A stretch of 32,497 nucleotides of DNA, taken from contig JAXLNO010000122.1 of assembly GCA_038087875.1 (NCBI GenBank), forward strand, positions 1-32,497, written 5' to 3'. The position numbers were made by a program, and so were the translations under genes. Of the stretch, positions 30,951-32,497 are shown in pieces. Each line of letters starts with the position of its first letter. Within the stretch, counting starts at the first letter, position 1. The stretch comes from Malacoraja senta. Lineage: Eukaryota. A model generated the notes under the pieces. It searched no databases. It was not told where the DNA came from and was given only the letters and a program-made list of their open reading frames with translations.

Positions 30951-32497
30951 GAGTCATAAAGTGACACAGTTTGGAAACAGGCCCTTCGGCCCAACTTGCC
31001 CACACCGACCAACAATGTCCCAGCTACACTAGTGCCACTTGCCTGTGCTTAGTCCATATTCCTCCAAACCTGTCCTATCCATGTACCTATCTAACTGTTT
31101 TTTAAAACAATTGGATAGTCTCAGCCTCAGCTACCTCCTCTGGCAACTTGTTCCATACACCCACCACCTTTTGTGTGAAAACGTTACCCTTCGGATTCTT
31201 ATTAAATATTTTCCCCTTCACCTTGAACATATGTCCTCTGGTCCTCGATTCCCCTACTCTGGGCAAGAAACTGTGCATCTACCCGATCTATTCCTCTCAT
31301 GATTTTGTATACCTCTATAAGATCTCCCCTCATCCTGCTGAGCTCCATGGAATAGAGACCCAGCCTACTCAACCTCTCCCCATAGCTCACACCCTCTAGT
31401 CCTGGCAACATCCTCGTAAATCTTCTCTGAATCCTTTCAAGCTTGACAATATTTTTCCTATAACATGGTGCCCCGAACTGAACACAATATTCTAAATGCG
31501 GTCTCACCAACGTCTTATACAATTGCAACATGACCTCCCAGTTTCCACAATCAAAACTCTGACTGATGAAGGCCAATGTGCCAAATCCTTTTTGACCACC
31601 TTATCTACCTGCGACTCGACCTTCAAGGAACCATGCACCTGCACTCCTAGATCCCTCTGCTCTACAACACCACCCAGAGGCCTACCATTTACTGTGTAGG
31701 TCCTGCCCTTGTTCAGTGTCCCAAAATGCAACATCTCACACATCTCTGTATTAAATTCCATCAATCATTCCTGAGCCTACCTGGCCAATCGATCCAGATC
31801 TTGCTGCAATCTTTCACAACCATCTTCACTATCTGCAAACCACTCACTTTTGTACCATCAGCAAATTTGCTAATCTTGCCCTGTATGTTCTGATCCAAAT
31901 CATTGATGTAGATGACAAACAGTACGGGCCCAGCACCCAACCCTGAGTCACACCACTAGTCACAGACCTCCAGTCCGAGAAGCAACCTTCCACCATCACA
32001 CTCTGCTTCCTTCCATGGAGCCAATTTGCTATCCATTCAGCTATCTTTCCTTGGATCCCATGGGATCTAACCATCCAGAGCAGCCTACCATGCAGAACCT
32101 TGTAGAATGTCGTACTGAAATCCATGTACATAACATCTACAGCTCTGCCCTCTTCGACCTTTCTGGTCCATCTTAAAAAAAAAACAATCAGATCTCTGAG
32201 ACACGACCTCCCACGTATAAAACCATGCTGACTATCCCCAATCAGCCCTTGCCCATCCAAATGCCTGTATAACCTATCCCTCAGAATACTCTCTAGTAAC
32301 TTTCCAGCTGCAGATGTTAAGCTCACCGGCCTATAGTTCCCAGCATTTTCCCTGCAGCCTTTCTTGAAAAGAGGCACAACATTTTCCACCCTCCAGTCTT
32401 CCAGCATCTCTCTTGTATTTAAGAACGACTCGTAAATTTCCCCTCTAGTTTCCCACAATGTCCTCGGATATATCTGATCAGGTCCCGGAGATTTGTC
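30951..32497 (-). mobile_element. CR1 LINE ORF2 with frameshifts, runs off the window
   Basis: RT motifs across ORFs 31844-32458, 31504-31764 and 31202-31576, with 3' UTR at 30951-31040. A SINE tail is adjacent at 30850-30950. Confidence 0.92.

Overview
Eukaryotic genomic DNA, very likely from a cartilaginous fish (skate/ray-like, inferred from the CR1 LINEs, tRNA-derived SINEs and Penelope-derived repeats). Most of the window (4868-30360) is a minus-strand, multi-exon SUN-domain gene of the nuclear-envelope LINC complex, with SUN2-type exon architecture. I traced 11 exons by GT-AG boundaries and homology, plus one doubtful exon. Its 5' exons were not identified. As written the gene is damaged: there are 1-bp frameshifts in the 24242-24397 exon and in the terminal YRFRVHG motif, several single-codon gaps, and a shortened transmembrane exon. 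A LINE 3' fragment is also inserted exactly at a splice acceptor, in frame with the gene. It is therefore a decaying or divergent SUN1/2 paralogue, or partly an assembly artefact. The introns are packed with nested mobile elements: CR1 (two ~2-kb near-identical copies), SINEs, a complete non-autonomous Helitron, a solo LTR, Tx1 and Rex1-like remnants, a Harbinger-like MITE, and Penelope-derived palindromic elements carrying minimal hammerhead-ribozyme motifs. The left end (816-2659) is CpG-rich and holds an unexplained old inverted duplication with conserved islands.
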